Assembly (NCBI RefSeq): GCF_006345805.1
Contig: NC_043006.1
Coordinates: 17,546,001-17,610,000 of the forward strand
Direction: 5' to 3'
DNA length: 64,000 nucleotides
DNA from: Octopus sinensis
Lineage: Eukaryota
A program made the position numbers and the translations under genes. Numbering within the stretch: the stretch's first letter is position 1; each line of letters begins with the position of its first letter. Shown here piece after piece: positions 38,314 through 52,192 of the stretch. The notes beneath the pieces were generated by a model. The model worked only from the letters and a program-made list of their open reading frames with translations. It was not told the origin of the DNA and ran no database searches.

Positions 38314-41300
38314 ATATATTTAAAAAGGGAAAGATAGAGAAAGAGAGATACAGGATCTGTCCACATACTACGGTTGTGGCAGGTAATGAGTAAATTAATG
38401 TTCCCCACCCCACCCAACCCAAAACACATAGAATGAAAGAGTAAAAATCATAGACAGAAGAGGAGAGTGTCTGTGTGTGTGAGAACATCCATGATATAAA
38501 CCAATGTTTTCAATTTATTTTTTGTTTTTTGAATATATTTTTTCTCAATTTTATTTTATTTCAAGGTGATAAATAGTTTTCATTTGCAAATTAATATTCA
38601 TTGTATCATTTTATATGAGCAGCAAGAAATTTGATAAAAGTTAAATTATAATAATTATAGAGCAGCTTGGATGAAGAATTGTGTGATATTGCATTAGATA
38701 AAAGCTCGTTAAAGCTGAAACAAGGCAAATGAAATACAAAAGTGAACTACAAAAGTGGAAACAGAACAGCAGTTGAAATTTTGCCTTGATATTTTGGTGT
38801 TAGGACCTCTTTCTCAGACTGAGGAGTGGCAAGCCAGAAGGCTGCACAAGGCATGGATGCCCTTCCTAACGCCAACCACTCAAATGTAGTGGGTGCTTTT
38901 TATGTACCACTGGCACGAGGGCCAGTCAGGTGGTATTGGCATCAACCACGCTTGAATGGTGCTTTTTATGTGCCACTGGCATGGGAGCCAGTCAAGCAGG
39001 ACTGACAATGACCATGCATGAATGGCACTTTAGCTTATATTATATTAATTAATCTTTCCTTGGACAATACAAAATATTTTCTTATCTAAAAGGTGACAAT
39101 AAATTCTTGCGCAGTGACTTCAGTGCCTCGGAGGGTAACTTTCTAGGTGCAATCCCATGGTCATTCATGACCAAAGGGGGTCTTTATCCTTTTGTGACTT
39201 GTGCAATCTCAAGAATTCTACCTGTCTGTATTGTCCTGTTTTTAGGGATTCAAATTACTAAAAAAGAAAGAAAATGGCCCAGAGAAAGCTATTACTAGTC
39301 CAGATATTTGCCTAGTTATCAGATTCTGATGAAGAAAGTGAGTAAGGCAGTAATTCAAGTTAGAATAATGAAAATGACCACGAACCAAGTGATGATGTGT
39401 ACATCGCAGTGCAGTCAGAACAGTTGGGTCAGATAATAATGTACAGTTATTTAGGGCACCAGCCCCAATTAGAGGGTTAGTAGGCAGGTAGGTAAAGGAC
39501 ATGTTGCTATCCAAAGGAATAGCGATAGATGTGCCTCAGCCCTATCAGGGTAATTTTCATCTTTTGAAATCTGGTTCAGGGTCTCAATGTAGAGGCTGCA
39601 GTAGTTAGGTGATCAAAGGGTCAAGTATAACATTTTTGTAGTGAAATACAGCTTTCAATCAATTAATGATGATATTCTAAGACTTCTGATTTCAATTGTT
39701 ATGTTGCAGAACCATTTCAATGCTTTAAATAGCTTTCAGAATTTAAAAAGAAAAAATATCTCAACGATATGTTTTTTTTAATTTTTATTTTTTATTAAGT
39801 ACTGAATAGCTTCACATCATACTTGAAAGATTTGAGTTAAAAATAAGATAATGGCTTTCTTTATTACAATCTATTTTATCTGAAGAATGCAAGATAATAT
39901 AGCTGCTAATAATTTAAAATAACATTAGAGGAAGAAAAGGGAAAAAATGGAAAATTATATGTATCCAGTGAAATAACTGTGGGGGTTTATTCTATCTTGC
40001 TTTGTGTAATATAGTAATATTAATCTATTATTATTCATAAATTTATTATTATTGTATTTATCTCTTTAACTAAAATTCTGATTTTTTATTCTTCTTTTGT
40101 TAATTGGAATATTTTGTAATGATTTATTCATTGAGATGTACTTCGATTTGCATCAGGAGACAAAAAATTCTTGGAACTTTATTCCGGGATTGTTGAAGTT
40201 TTATCCATGAACAATGAAACTTTGTGCAACCAGTTTTAATACTTAACATTTACTCATTGTGCTAGAATATAATACTATTTCCTTGCCTAAATTTTAATCT
40301 TTATAAAACAATACAAATCAATCCATCCATTCACCCAGCCATATATATCCATTTATCCATTTTACTATCCATTTGTCTATCTGTCTGTCTGTGTATAGCT
40401 AAAGTTAATTGTGTTATGACTTGATTCTATAGACTTTTTGTGTATTCTAAATTCTAATTTCCAGACTGTTTTAAAATAGTGCAAAAAATATGAAAAATCC
40501 ATTGCAAATTATGGATATTTTCCTGACATTATCCATTTGTTTAAGATTTTTTTTTTCCGATTTTGAAAATTACATAAAGCCATTAATTTCACATCATTGC
40601 ATATTCACGTTGAAGAAAATGTTAAATGGAGACTGTTCTCAGTGAGACACTTGATGATATAAGCTGCTTGATTCATTCCCACTCATATTTATAATCTTTA
40701 CCTGAGACTGCATCTGATATCAGGAGAGCTGTTGCCAGCAAAGCTAAAAGAACAAAAGCAGATGTTTAATTAATGGGATATCAACAAGTATAAAAAGGAT
40801 TAAAACTAAAGAGAAGTTTCATAATATCTTCTGTTCCTTTGAATGATTACTAACAATCTACCTGCATAAAAGTATGGAAGGAAAGATGGATAAATATTCC
40901 CTCAATATCAGATATAAAGATTAGGCCTTTGGTTTTAATCTGTCCAAGACTACCTCTGATATCTAAGATATAGATTTCCTGTTTTAAAGTTATCTAAATT
41001 ATAACTTTCCACCAAAATTTCATGTTGATTTATATTCTAACCACTGGCTTGTAAATAAAGTTATTTTTATTAAATTCTTCATTAATTTCAATACTAATTG
41101 AAACAAAGGCTATGTATTTCAGCAGGAACATATGACAGAAAGGTTAACCCTTTTGTTATTATATTATTCATTGAAATACACTGCCGTCATTTCATTTAAT
41201 TTTGGAGATAACGAGGAATTTTGTAAAAATAACTTGGCCCTTATTTAACTAGCACCCATTTTGGTTGAAGGTTTTAATCTAGATTATTTTAAAATAGAAC

Positions 41301-41624
41301 TTGTATCACAGAACCAGGGTCAGTCTCAAGTATGTTGCTATCAAAAGGGTTAAATTAGCAGAAAATTTTTGTGAAAGGGCTTTCAGTCTGTGGGATAAGT
41401 TATAATGTCTTAATTGACTTTGTTGAATTTTACCTAACCAGAAATACTAAAGTGGAATGGTGGGTATAATGTGGAATCTTTTCCTGTGGCTATGCAAAAT
41501 AATAAACTGTCATGAATCATCTCTTAGTTCACTTAGTATTAGATTCTCTTTGATCTTTGGATGACTTAGTCCTTTGGCATTCAGATTTCTCTGTCAAATA
41601 TAATGCTTATTTATTCATATTGAT

Positions 41625-41820
41625 CATCATCATCATCATTTAATGTCCGTTTTCCATGCTAGCATGGGTTGGACGATTCAACCGGGGTCTGGGAAGCCAG
41701 GAGGCTGCACCAGGCTCCAGTCTGATTTGGCAGAGTTTCTACAGCTGGATGCCCTTCCTAATGCCAACTACTCCGTGAGTGTAGTGGGTGCTTTTTATGT
41801 GCCACCGGCATAGGGGCCAG
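41625..41820 (-). mobile_element. SINE family C, inserted in a piggyBac-like MITE (41560-41990)
   Basis: The MITE halves continue on both sides and end ...aaagggttaa at about 41988. Confidence 0.7.
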
Positions 41821-42074
41821 GAATTAATTATGGTGTTGCCTTGTAGGTTTAAGATTTTGATGATGTGATTGTTTATCTTTAAAATAATATTATAGGGTAG
41901 GTGTGAAATTCTGGATTTGGCCAGTTTGAAGATAAAAACAGGTAGATTATTTTGGTTGGATATGGCCAGTCTAAATGCTAAAGGGTTAAGGAATATAAAG
42001 AATGCACAAGATTGCATGAATAGGAAAAAAAAACCATGGAAAGATATAAACCTGAAATAATGATTTCAAATTTT

Positions 42075-43250
42075 GACACAAAGCAAGCAAATTTGGGGAG
42101 GGGTAAGTCTATTACAGCAACCCAGGGACTTAGCTGGTCCTTTTATCAACCCTAAAAAGATGAAAAGCAAAGTTGATCTTGGCAGAATTTGGATCCAGAA
42201 TATAAAGATGGACAAAATGCCACTGAAAGGCAAAGTTGACCTCATCAGGATTTAAATTCAGAATGTGAAGGGTTGGAGCAAATACTGAAAGATCTTCTGA
42301 TGCTTTAATGATTCTGTGAGTTTGCTGCCCTTAATGATAGCTACCAATATAGGCACAAGTTCATCAGCTTTCAGGAGAGCAGGTTTAGTTGATTAAATCA
42401 ATCCCAGTACTTAACTGTTACTTTATTGTATTGACCCTAGAAGAATATAAGCAAAATTAACCTCAATGGTATTTGAACTCGGATCTAAAGAGCTGGAACA
42501 AATTCAACACTATTTTGCTGGCTTACCATCCTATGCTCTAATGATTCTGTCTGTTTGTCATCTTTTAATAATAATAATAATGATGATGATGATCCTTTCT
42601 ACTCTAGGCACAAGGCCTGAAATTTTGAGGGAGGGGCTAGTTGATTATGTTGACCCCAGTGCTTAACTGGTACTTATTTCACCAGCCCCGAAAGGATGAA
42701 AGGCAAAGTTGACCTTGGCTGAATTTGAACTCGGAATGTAAGGACAGACAAAATGCCACTAAGCACTTTACTCAACATGCTAATGATTCTGTCAGCTTGC
42801 CACCTTAATAATGATGATAATAATAATAATCCTTTCTACTATAGGCACAAGGCCTGAGATTTGGGTGGGTGGGAGGGGACTAGTCGATTACATTGGCCCT
42901 GAAAGGACAAAAGATAAAGTTGAGCTCGGCAGAATTTGAACTCAGAATGTAAGGACAGACGAAATGTCACTAAGTATTTTGCCCAGTGTGCTAATGATTC
43001 TGCCAGCTCGCCACTTTAATAATAATAATAATAATAATAATGGTGATTTTGGCGCAAGGCTAGCAATTTTAGGGGAGGGAGCAAATTGATTGCTTCAACC
43101 CCAGTACTTGGTTTCTACTTTATTTTGTAAATCCTGAAAGGACAAAAGGCAAAATTAGCCTCAGCAAGATTTTTTTCCAGAACATTAGGGTCCAAAAGAA
43201 ATGTTGCTAAGCATTCTGTCTGACCCACTAATGATTTTGCCAGCTCATCA
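42075..43250 (-). mobile_element. Array of about five SINE family A copies separated by (TAA)n
   Basis: Repeated ggcacaaggcc...gaaaggcaaagttgacc...gaatttgaactc...ctaatgattctg units. Confidence 0.8.
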
Positions 43251-43601
43251 TGATTATGTTTTCTTTTAGAAAACATTATTTGTTTTATGTTGTTATATAT
43301 TTTCTTTTTCTTTTTTTTTTTATCTCAGTCACTAGTAGTTGTTACTATTATTGTTCCCACAGATTACCTCAAAGTTAACCCAAGGCAACATTAATTTTTT
43401 TTTTTTTTTTTTAATTTTTGGTTTTTCCTTTGAGAATATTGGCGTGTAAAATTTCCCAAACAAGTGCTGGGTTGATCATTCTTTTGTTTCATACAATGTC
43501 TAGTAGAGATAAAATATTGATAGAAGGTATTCTGCTTCAGGAATTTGGCACACAATTATCTCTCCCTGTGTGAGCTCTAAAAGTTAATTGGCACATCATA
43601 G

Positions 43602-43700
43602 ATTGTCAATGTACGTGATTGTGTGCATGGATGCATATGGTTTCAAGTATTCGTATGATGAATACTTCAAAGTGTGTGCTGTAACATATATCAGCGGAAG
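43602..43700 (+). CDS. Candidate 99-nt symmetric exon (LSMYVIVCMDAYGFKYSYDEYFKVCAVTYISG), gene unknown
   Basis: Strong donor AAG|gtaagg and a single open frame, but the acceptor (cacatcatag) is weak. Confidence 0.2.
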
Positions 43701-44410
43701 GTAAGGTGGAACCTTGTCTGTCAATTGTAACAAGGTGAACATTAAAATACTAAGTGATATAGTAAATCAGACTATTAAACAATAGCTTTTTTGTTTCTTT
43801 TTCAATCATTTCAGATAATACTTTATATTTCGTGATAGAATGGTTTTGGTCATTATTTTTTAGAACAAGAGTAATGCTTTCAAAGTATTTGAACAATAAT
43901 CATTATCATCGTCATTGTCATTATGTCTACTTTTCCATGCTTGCATGGGTTTGGCAGAAATTCTTCAAAGTAGATTTTCTATTGTTGGATACCCTTCCTG
44001 TCACCCTTCTTATTTTGTTTCCAAATAAGGCAATACTTCCCCATAACTAAGCATGTTTTCATGGAAGACTGGAAATGAATTTTGTCTGTGCAACTGATTT
44101 ACAACTATCAAGTCATGTCAAAACATGGTACAAACTCATTCACGCATACACACACTCACATGGTACTGTGCCGGTGTCACATAAAAAGCTCTCATGCCAG
44201 TGCCACATAACAGCACTCATACCGATGCTACATTAAAAGTACCCACTACACACTGTAAAGTGGTTGGCATTAGGAAGGGCATCCAGTTGTAGAAGCCAAG
44301 TCAAATCAGTCTGGAACCCAGTGCAGCTCTCCAGATTGCCAGCTCTGGTCAAACTGTCCAACCCATGCCAGCATTGAAAACAGACGTTACAGGGTAATGA
44401 TGATGTTGTA

Positions 44411-44459
<49 letters not shown>

Positions 44460-44475
44460 TGAGCGGATGCTGCTG

Positions 44476-44810
44476 AGGCCCCCTTCGGTCATGACTAACC
44501 ATGGGATTGCACTTAGAAAGTTACCCTCCCAGGCACATGTCCGGGCAAGGTTGTTTATGGAAGACCAGCAGTCGCCCATGCATACCAGCCTCTTCTTCCC
44601 ATGTCACCAATGTTGTCCAAGGGAAAGGCAAAGGCTGTTACAGCTCGGCACCTGTGATGTCGCAACTCATTTCTACAGGTGAGCGAACTGGAGCAATGTG
44701 AAATAAAGTGTCTTGCTCAAGAACACAACACACAGCCCAGTCTGGGATTCAAGCTCTCAATCTCATGATTGTAAGCTCGATGCTCTAACCACTGAGCCAT
44801 GCACCTTCAC
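44476..44810 (-). mobile_element. Full-length SINE family E (tRNA head)
   Basis: Minus strand gtgaaggtgcatggctcagtggttagagc...ttgagcaagacactttatttcac; family C piece upstream at 44160-44410. Confidence 0.8.
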
Positions 44811-45363
44811 ACATGCACGCGTGCACACACACACACACACACACACACATAATGGGCTTCTTCCTGTTTAATCAGTGTAGGGTTGTCTTTGGTGCCATGC
44901 AATGGAACCGGACCTAAAATCACATGGTTTGGAAGCAAAATTTTAACCAGACTAAGCTATGCTTGCACCTATATTCTAAACAATAAATAACTATAATCCC
45001 CAAAGTAGCTGTTTTGAAGAATATTTATTACTTGTCTACTTCAAAATTTATTTACTTGTGTATTGGGGTTTCAAGTAAAATTTATTACCTTCGAAACAGA
45101 AGTCAAATTTGATGTCAACAATGTAAGCTATATTCTTGAAAAAATTATTTATTTCACTGGTTCCTCAGTGGTATTGTTGTCTAATTGTTATTGATGATAG
45201 GACATTTCAGCGATAATCAGGCTATTGAAAATTGAATGGTAAGATGAAACTCATCCTCAGCTACTGAATCATGTGTATGTCAGTGCAGGGAGGGTATGGG
45301 TTGCACAAGCTTTCCTTTCATTGCACATGTGAATCTGCTTGTTTTGATTTATGTGTGTGTGTG

Positions 45364-45444
<81 letters not shown>

Positions 45445-47164
45445 CATTTAGTGTCCATTTTCCATGCTAGCATAGTTTGGACGGTTCGACTGGGGTCTGG
45501 GAAGCCAGGAGGCTGCACCAGGCTCTAGTCTGATCTGGCAGTGTTTCTACGCCAATTTTACTAAAAGAGAAAATCACTGAAATTAATCGAGTGCTTATGA
45601 TTTATATTACATTTAACTGTAAAGAGTATTTTCTCCAAAATTTATATGTGCTTCTTTACCAGAAAAATATTCCATTTGTGTGAAACTTTGGTTGGTTTGG
45701 ATTTAACCCTTTACTGTTTAAACTGGCCATATCTGGCCAAAGTTTTCTACCTATTTTATGTTTAGGCCTCTCACACCTAACCTACATTGACATTCTGAAA
45801 ATGAACAATCACGTCATTGAAACCTCAAAGCTATAAGATGATGCATGATTAATTAAAAACAATTTGAGTGAAAAAGTATTACGTTTAACAGAGGAATCTG
45901 AACACTAAAGGGTTAACCAAGATTTGCTGTACAACAAGAGTATTCCACTACATTCCCAGGACCCCTCTTTGAACAACAACTAGAAGCTGATCATATTAAT
46001 GATTTCCTCCAGTGTATCGTTTTCTTATTTGTTGAAACAGACTCTATTGCATCAGTCAGATTTATCATTTTCTAAAATGGACAAGTAATGATAGTCTCTC
46101 AAATTCCAATCAGGAAATCAGATTTTGTGTGCATATGTATGTATATAAACACACATACATACTTATGTATTTGTACATATGTGTGTGTATATATATACAC
46201 ACACACACACACATACAGCTATAGATATATAAACCCATAATACACATGCACACACATATATTGATCAGATCCTTGGACGGAAACATTAATATTAAGCTAA
46301 AAATTAACCCTAGCATAACCTTTTCAACCTAGATATAGTTATTGAAATTGCTCTAAATTACGTTATATCAACTCAATTGATTAAAGCAAAACAATATTCT
46401 TGTTTTGTGTGTAATTTTCAACATATGATAATTTGAAAGTAAAGATATTGCAGTTTCCCCAATAGCTAGATTTAGTTATTGATCTCATGTTAACAGATTA
46501 CAATTATCCATTTCCATGACATTGTCTTGCAAACAAAGAATACACTTGTCTTTATTAACCTGAAAAGGTGAAAAGTATAGGAGAGAAAGTTTTTTTTTTT
46601 TTTTTTCTTTTTTTTTTTTTGCTTTGTTTTGTTGCTTGAATTATTCTCTTATCATGAAGTTAAAAGAAATCTATTCTTTGTTGTGTTTGCTAAAGGAGAA
46701 AGTTAGATTCTTGTAAAAGTAAATTGTAATACGAGAAAGATATTGTTAAATTTGATACTGTTAGGCAATTGTTTTCATTTTTCCTATTCCCGACTGTTTT
46801 ATTTGATGTTTAGCTTTGGACCCTCAGAGCTCATACTCAGAGAGTGATATATATATACATATACATGTATATATATACATATACATGTATATATATACAT
46901 ATACACATGCACACACACATATTGATCAGATCCTTGTAAGGAAACATTACTATTAAGCTAAAAATTAACCCTATAAGTGGGGATGCATATATTCATACAT
47001 GTGTATACACAGACACACACATGGCTGTGTGCTTCCAATCATGTGACACCTTCTGTAGGCACCTTTTCCTACACCTTTGAGGTGATACTGCATTCCTAAA
47101 TACAACAATATCTGTTTCAACACACGACTTCACATAAAAAATCTTGCACAACAAATATTTAAAC

Positions 47165-47172
47165 ATATATAC

Positions 47173-47236
<64 letters not shown>
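47165..47236. repeat. (TA)n microsatellite
   Basis: Direct reading. Other long (TA)n, (CA)n and (CT)n tracts at about 34543-34582, 44418-44457, 45368-45410, 55712-55750, 60725-60836, 61125-61160 and 63331-63390. Confidence 0.95.
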
Positions 47237-47317
47237 TAATACAATTGTTTGTTTGTTTTCCACCTGCCTTCGTCTTTTGTCTATTTTCATAAAGCTTCCC
47301 GTTATATATATATATAC

Positions 47318-47730
47318 TCTTTACTCCTTTACTCTTTTACTTGTTTCAGTCATTTGACTGCGGCCATGCTGGGGCACCACCTTTTAGTCGAGCAAATCGA
47401 TCCCGGGACTTATTCTTTGTAAGCCCAGTACTTATTCTATCGGTCTCTTTTTGCCGAACTGCTAAGTGACGGGGACGTAAACACACCAGCATCGGTTGTC
47501 AAGCAATGCTAGGGGGACAAACACAGACACACAAACACACACATACATATACATATATATATACATATATACGACAGGCTTCTTTCAGTTTCCGTCTACC
47601 AAATCCACTCACAAGGCATTGGTCGGCCCGAGGCTATAGTAGAAGACACTTGCCCAAGATGCCACACAGTGGGACTGAACCCGGAACCATGTGGTTGGTT
47701 AGCAAGCTACTTACCACACAGCCACTCCTG
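47318..47730 (-). mobile_element. SINE family B, full length, young
   Basis: Many CpGs retained; head aggcgcaggagtggctgtg. Confidence 0.9.
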
Positions 47731-48329
47731 CGCCTATATATATATATATATAATAATAATATTGGTTTATGTCTATCACTGTTTGAGTTGCATAATAGTG
47801 GTTTTATTGCTTATTCATATTTTATATATACACATATACACACAAACATATATATATATACTTCTTGAGGACATGTTCTACAAACGGATACTCTTCCTGA
47901 TTCCAACTGTTAGGTTTTGACTAAAGTTCTTTGTATTCCATGTCTTTTACACATGGAACTGCTGCCAGATATTTTGTTTATGAAAAGCATAAACAACGTC
48001 GCCACTACCTCAAAGTATCTGCAAAAATGCACGCATGCACTCAACGTGCACGCGCACATGCCTATATAACAGGTTTCTGTATAATTTCCATCTTTAAATG
48101 CAGTATCACCTCAAAGGTGTAGGAAAAGCTGCCTAGAGAAGGTGTCACATGATTGGAAGCACACAGCCATGTGTGTGTGTGTCTGTGTATATACATGTAG
48201 GAATATATGCATCCCCGCTTATAGAGACATGTACATGGTTATTTAGCTGTAAAATCTTTAAGGAAAATGATTGTTTCCGAAAATATTAGCCTGAAGTCAG
48301 ACATCTTTCAGAGTAGGTGAAACTTTTTA

Positions 48330-49298
48330 TTTTTCTTCTTCTTCTTCCTCCTTTCCTTCCTCTTCTTCCTCCTCCTCCTCTCCTTCTGTTCTCTTTTCTC
48401 TTCCTCTTTTCTTTCCTCTTCTCCTTCCACTTTTTCCTCTTCTTCCTCCTTTTCTTCATCATCATCATCATCATCAACATTTTCATCTTCCTCTTCCTCC
48501 TTTCCTTCCTCTTCTTCCTCCTTTCCTTCCCCTTCTTCCTCCTCCTCTCCTTCTGTTCTCTTTTCTCTTCCTCTTTTCTTTCCTCTTCTCCTTTCACTTT
48601 TTCCTCTTCTTCCTCCTTTTCTTCATCATCATCAACATCACCATTTTCATCTTCTTCCTCCTTTCCTTCCCCTTCTTCTCCTCCTCTCCTTCTGTTCTCT
48701 TTTCTCTTCCTCTTTTCTTTCCTCTTCTCCTTTCACTTTTTCCTCTTCTTCCTCCTTTTCTTCATCATCATCAACATCACCATTTTCATCTTCTTCCTCC
48801 TTTCCTTCCTCTCCTCCCTCTTCTTCCTCCTCCTCTCCTCCTCCTCCTCTCCTTCTGTTCTCTTTTCTCTTCCTCTTTTCTTTCCTCTTCTCCTTCCACT
48901 TTTCCTCTCTTCCTCCTTTTCTTCATCATCATCAACATCACCATTTTCGTCTTCCTCTTCCTTCTTCCTCCTTTCCTTCCTCTTTTCCCTCCTCCTCTCC
49001 TTTCTCCTTTTCTCTTTCCTCACCTTCCTGTTCTCTTTTCTCTTCTTCTTTTCTTTTCTCTTCCTCTTTTCTTCTCTTTTCTCTTCCTCTTTTCTTTCCT
49101 CTTCTTCCTCCTTTTCTTCATCATCATCATCACCATTTTCATCTTCCTCTTCCTTCTTTCCTTCCTCTTTTTCCTCCCCCTCTCCTTCTTTCTCCTCTTC
49201 TCTTTCCTCACCTTCCTGTTCTCTTTTCTCTTCTCTTTCCTCTTCTCCTTCATTTTCTTCATCATCATCATCATCAACATCTTCCTCTTCCTTCTTCT
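48330..49298. repeat. Polypyrimidine (TC/TTC/TCC) minisatellite with about six 140-200 bp higher-order units punctuated by (TCA)n
   Basis: TCA blocks near 48460, 48625, 48762, 48922, 49118 and 49258; ctccttctgttctcttttctcttcc recurs. Confidence 0.95.
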
Positions 49299-50588
49299 GA
49301 TATGTTACTTTGAAATTATCCTTCTTGATAATCTAAATGAGAATCTAGGAACATTTCTGATTTAAACATAGAAATTCTATATTTCATCAGGAATTACGAT
49401 AATTTCTTAGATCATAGCTACACAACAGAAATGTGTTGAGTAATACGCTTACTGATATTGGTCGCATAAGACTAATCTGTTGTTGGGTTTACTGTTGAAC
49501 GATGACTATCTTCTGGGCTTCTGTTACTAAGATTTTCGTTTGGTTAATTGAAGCACAGAAATATATCGGTAATAATCATGATATGTTGTAAAGCTATTCG
49601 GAATTAGTATTCTATTTCTATGTCCCAAAACCTAATACTTGGAATTCTTCTTAAATTCAAGCATAATTCTTACCTGGAGATGGAGTTATAAAGCTGCATT
49701 AACTAGAGATTTGAAACACTAAAGGAATTTTGAAATAAACTTATTTCATGCTTTTATGATTAGTTGTTGAATCAGCAAAGTAGCAGAAATGGTTTGGAGG
49801 ACTGGAATAACAAACTGCAGTATTATAGCTTCAGTCTTCTACATTTCATGTGGTGATCATGGTCATTCCTACATGGCCAGTAAAATGAATGACTGTGTGG
49901 TTAAGAAGCTTGCTTTTCAACTACATGGTTTTGGGTTCAGCCCTACTCTGTGACACCATGTTTTTTGTACTAAAGCCTCAGGCCAACTGATGCTTTGTGA
50001 GTGAATTTTGTTGGCACCGGGTATGTTCAGTTCAAATATTCTACTTGTTTTATGTTCAAACTGGCCTTATGAAGTCTTTCACATATACCCTGCAATGTCA
50101 TTCTAAAAATAAGTAATCACATCTTTGAAATCTCAAAGCTACAATTTAATACAGGATTAATTTTTTTTAAATGTGAATGAAAAAGCATTATATTTGACTA
50201 TGTAATCTGAATGCTAAAGGGTGAAACCTCTGTGACTTAGTGATTCAGCAAAAGAAACTGATGGAATAGGTAGCAGACTTGAAAAATAATAAGTACTGGG
50301 GTTGATTTGTTTGAGTAAACCCTTTAGAATCTCAGCATGGCTGCTGTTCAAAGACTGAAACAAGTAAATGATAAAAGTTTCGTTATATGCCATTCCCTTA
50401 CAAAGTCTCACATTGTGCCATAGCTGTTTGATACTCTTCGTAACCTTTGGAAATACTCGGGGTTCTATGAATCAAACACCCTGTTTTAATCATATTGTTA
50501 CCATATTTCTGTTGAAATACACTGATTTTGTTTCAGTTGATTTTAGAATTAACGAAAAAAATTGGTAAAATAACTTAATCATTATTAA

Positions 50589-50787
50589 CCTTTTCGTTAC
50601 TGTATTTATTTTGAGATGCTCTGTCTTTCTTTCAATTACTTTAAATATAACAAAGAATTTAGTAAAATTCATTCAGAACATAAATTGTGACTAAGGTTTG
50701 GTGGAAAATTTAAATTCAAAACTTATGAAAACAAGACATTTGTACTCAGAGCCAGAGCCGGTTTCAGCTGGGTTGGTAATGAAAGGG
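50589..50787. mobile_element. piggyBac-like MITE in a cluster of related TTAA MITEs (50020-50930)
   Basis: TTAA at 50585-50588 and 50788-50791; same family as 4714-4938. Confidence 0.85.
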
Positions 50788-51819
50788 TTAAGCTGGGATC
50801 ATAAATTTATGATAGGGATCATAAATTAACATATTTTGATGGAAGGTTTAAATTTAGATCTATCTGAAGCAGAAAGTTTACATTATAGAACTAAGGGATA
50901 GTCCAAGGTGGGTTGGTATCAGAAGGGTTAATGTGATTTCCAGCAAAATTTCACACTACTTTTTCTTCCGATTACCAATTTATTAAAATGACAAAGATTT
51001 TTTTTAATAATTGTAAATTGAAGATTAATTGAAACAAAGACTGTGTTAACTGTATTCCAGTAGAAATATAGCAACAGGATTAGTTGTGTCAACACAAACT
51101 TAAGTATTTTCAGTTTTTCATTGGAAACTGGATTCTTGTATTTATTTATTCTACATTCCAGTTTTTCATTTAACTACATTCATAATAGTATTATCAACCA
51201 ATCATATTTCTGTCTGTCTACCTCTCCTGTCTAGATTTGGTTAGGAAAACACCTGTAACCTACATATGGCAACACTACAACAATGCAGTTTATAAATGTA
51301 ATTTATATAATACAGTTTATTTATTTTTGAAAAATTTTAATTGTTGCATGGAGTTTTATGTTAATGCTTTTTGTTTTGTGATAGCAAATTTATCACAAAA
51401 TAAAGCAGTGTAGTTCTATAGTAAATATCTGATTTTCATATTTTATTTACTTGCTTAACCAATGTAGTTTTACCAGCTTCGCTGGAAAGAACTTGAAACT
51501 TATTTCTTTGACAACATTCAGAAAGTTTAATTTCACAACTCCATTCTTCATTGAATTTAAGTCTTTTTTTTTATATGTTTTAATTTTTAACTTTATGATC
51601 AAATTTTATAATAATAATAATAATAAAACATTGTGTACAGTGCTCAGGTACACTACAACATTTTGTTCCTATTTAACATTTGTTTTCACTTCTTATAACT
51701 ATATATTTTGACTTTTAGATGACAAGTGAGAAATTAAGAATTGTTGACTAATAAAATACATTTCTTTGGGGTCTGGAAGTTTTCTTGGTTGGTGGTATCC
51801 TTAATAGTCCATTAGATTA

Positions 51820-52000
51820 CTGGCACGTAAAAAGCACCCACTACACTCTCGGAGAAGTTGGCATTAGGAAGGGCATCCAGCTGTAGAAACTCTGCCAGAT
51901 CAAGATTGGAGCCTGGTGCAGCCATCTGGTTTGCCAGCCCTCAGTCAAAATCGTCCAACCCATGCTAGCATGGAAAGCGGATGTTAAACGGTGATGATGA
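51820..52000 (+). mobile_element. SINE family C 3' part
   Basis: ctggcacgtaaaaagcaccc...gatgatga. Confidence 0.85.
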
Positions 52001-52183
52001 TTAATTCAACGAGTTGAATTAATAGAATTAATAGATTCTAAAAGATTTTAGTTTTTCTCACTTTTGACAAAAACTCATAAAATAACTGAAAACATAAAAT
52101 ATATTTAGCTGAAGTTCTTAAAACTTTTATGCAGAGTTTAACTTTTTCCTATTTGTAGCTTCAAGGCAATTCTTTTTCTGCAG

Positions 52184-52192
52184 TATAAATTG
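52184..52192 (+). CDS. Candidate 9-nt microexon (TATAAATTG)
   Basis: tctttttctgcag acceptor and TTG|gtaagg donor. Confidence 0.2.

Noticed and set aside
39290-39600. Acidic SDSDEESE-like stretch, possible transposase N-terminus
   Set aside because: Multiple stops and no diagnostic motif or termini; cannot be assigned.
16440-43250. Idea that the TAA-targeting Dong LINE mobilises the SINE A arrays
   Set aside because: SINE A tails are (ATT)n on their sense strand whereas the Dong 3' end is followed by TAA on its sense strand, and I see no shared 3' sequence.
48317-49300. 327-aa ORF (longest in the window) and the K/R/E-rich antisense ORFs
   Set aside because: Pyrimidine-only repeats cannot form stop codons; the product is low-complexity F/L/S.
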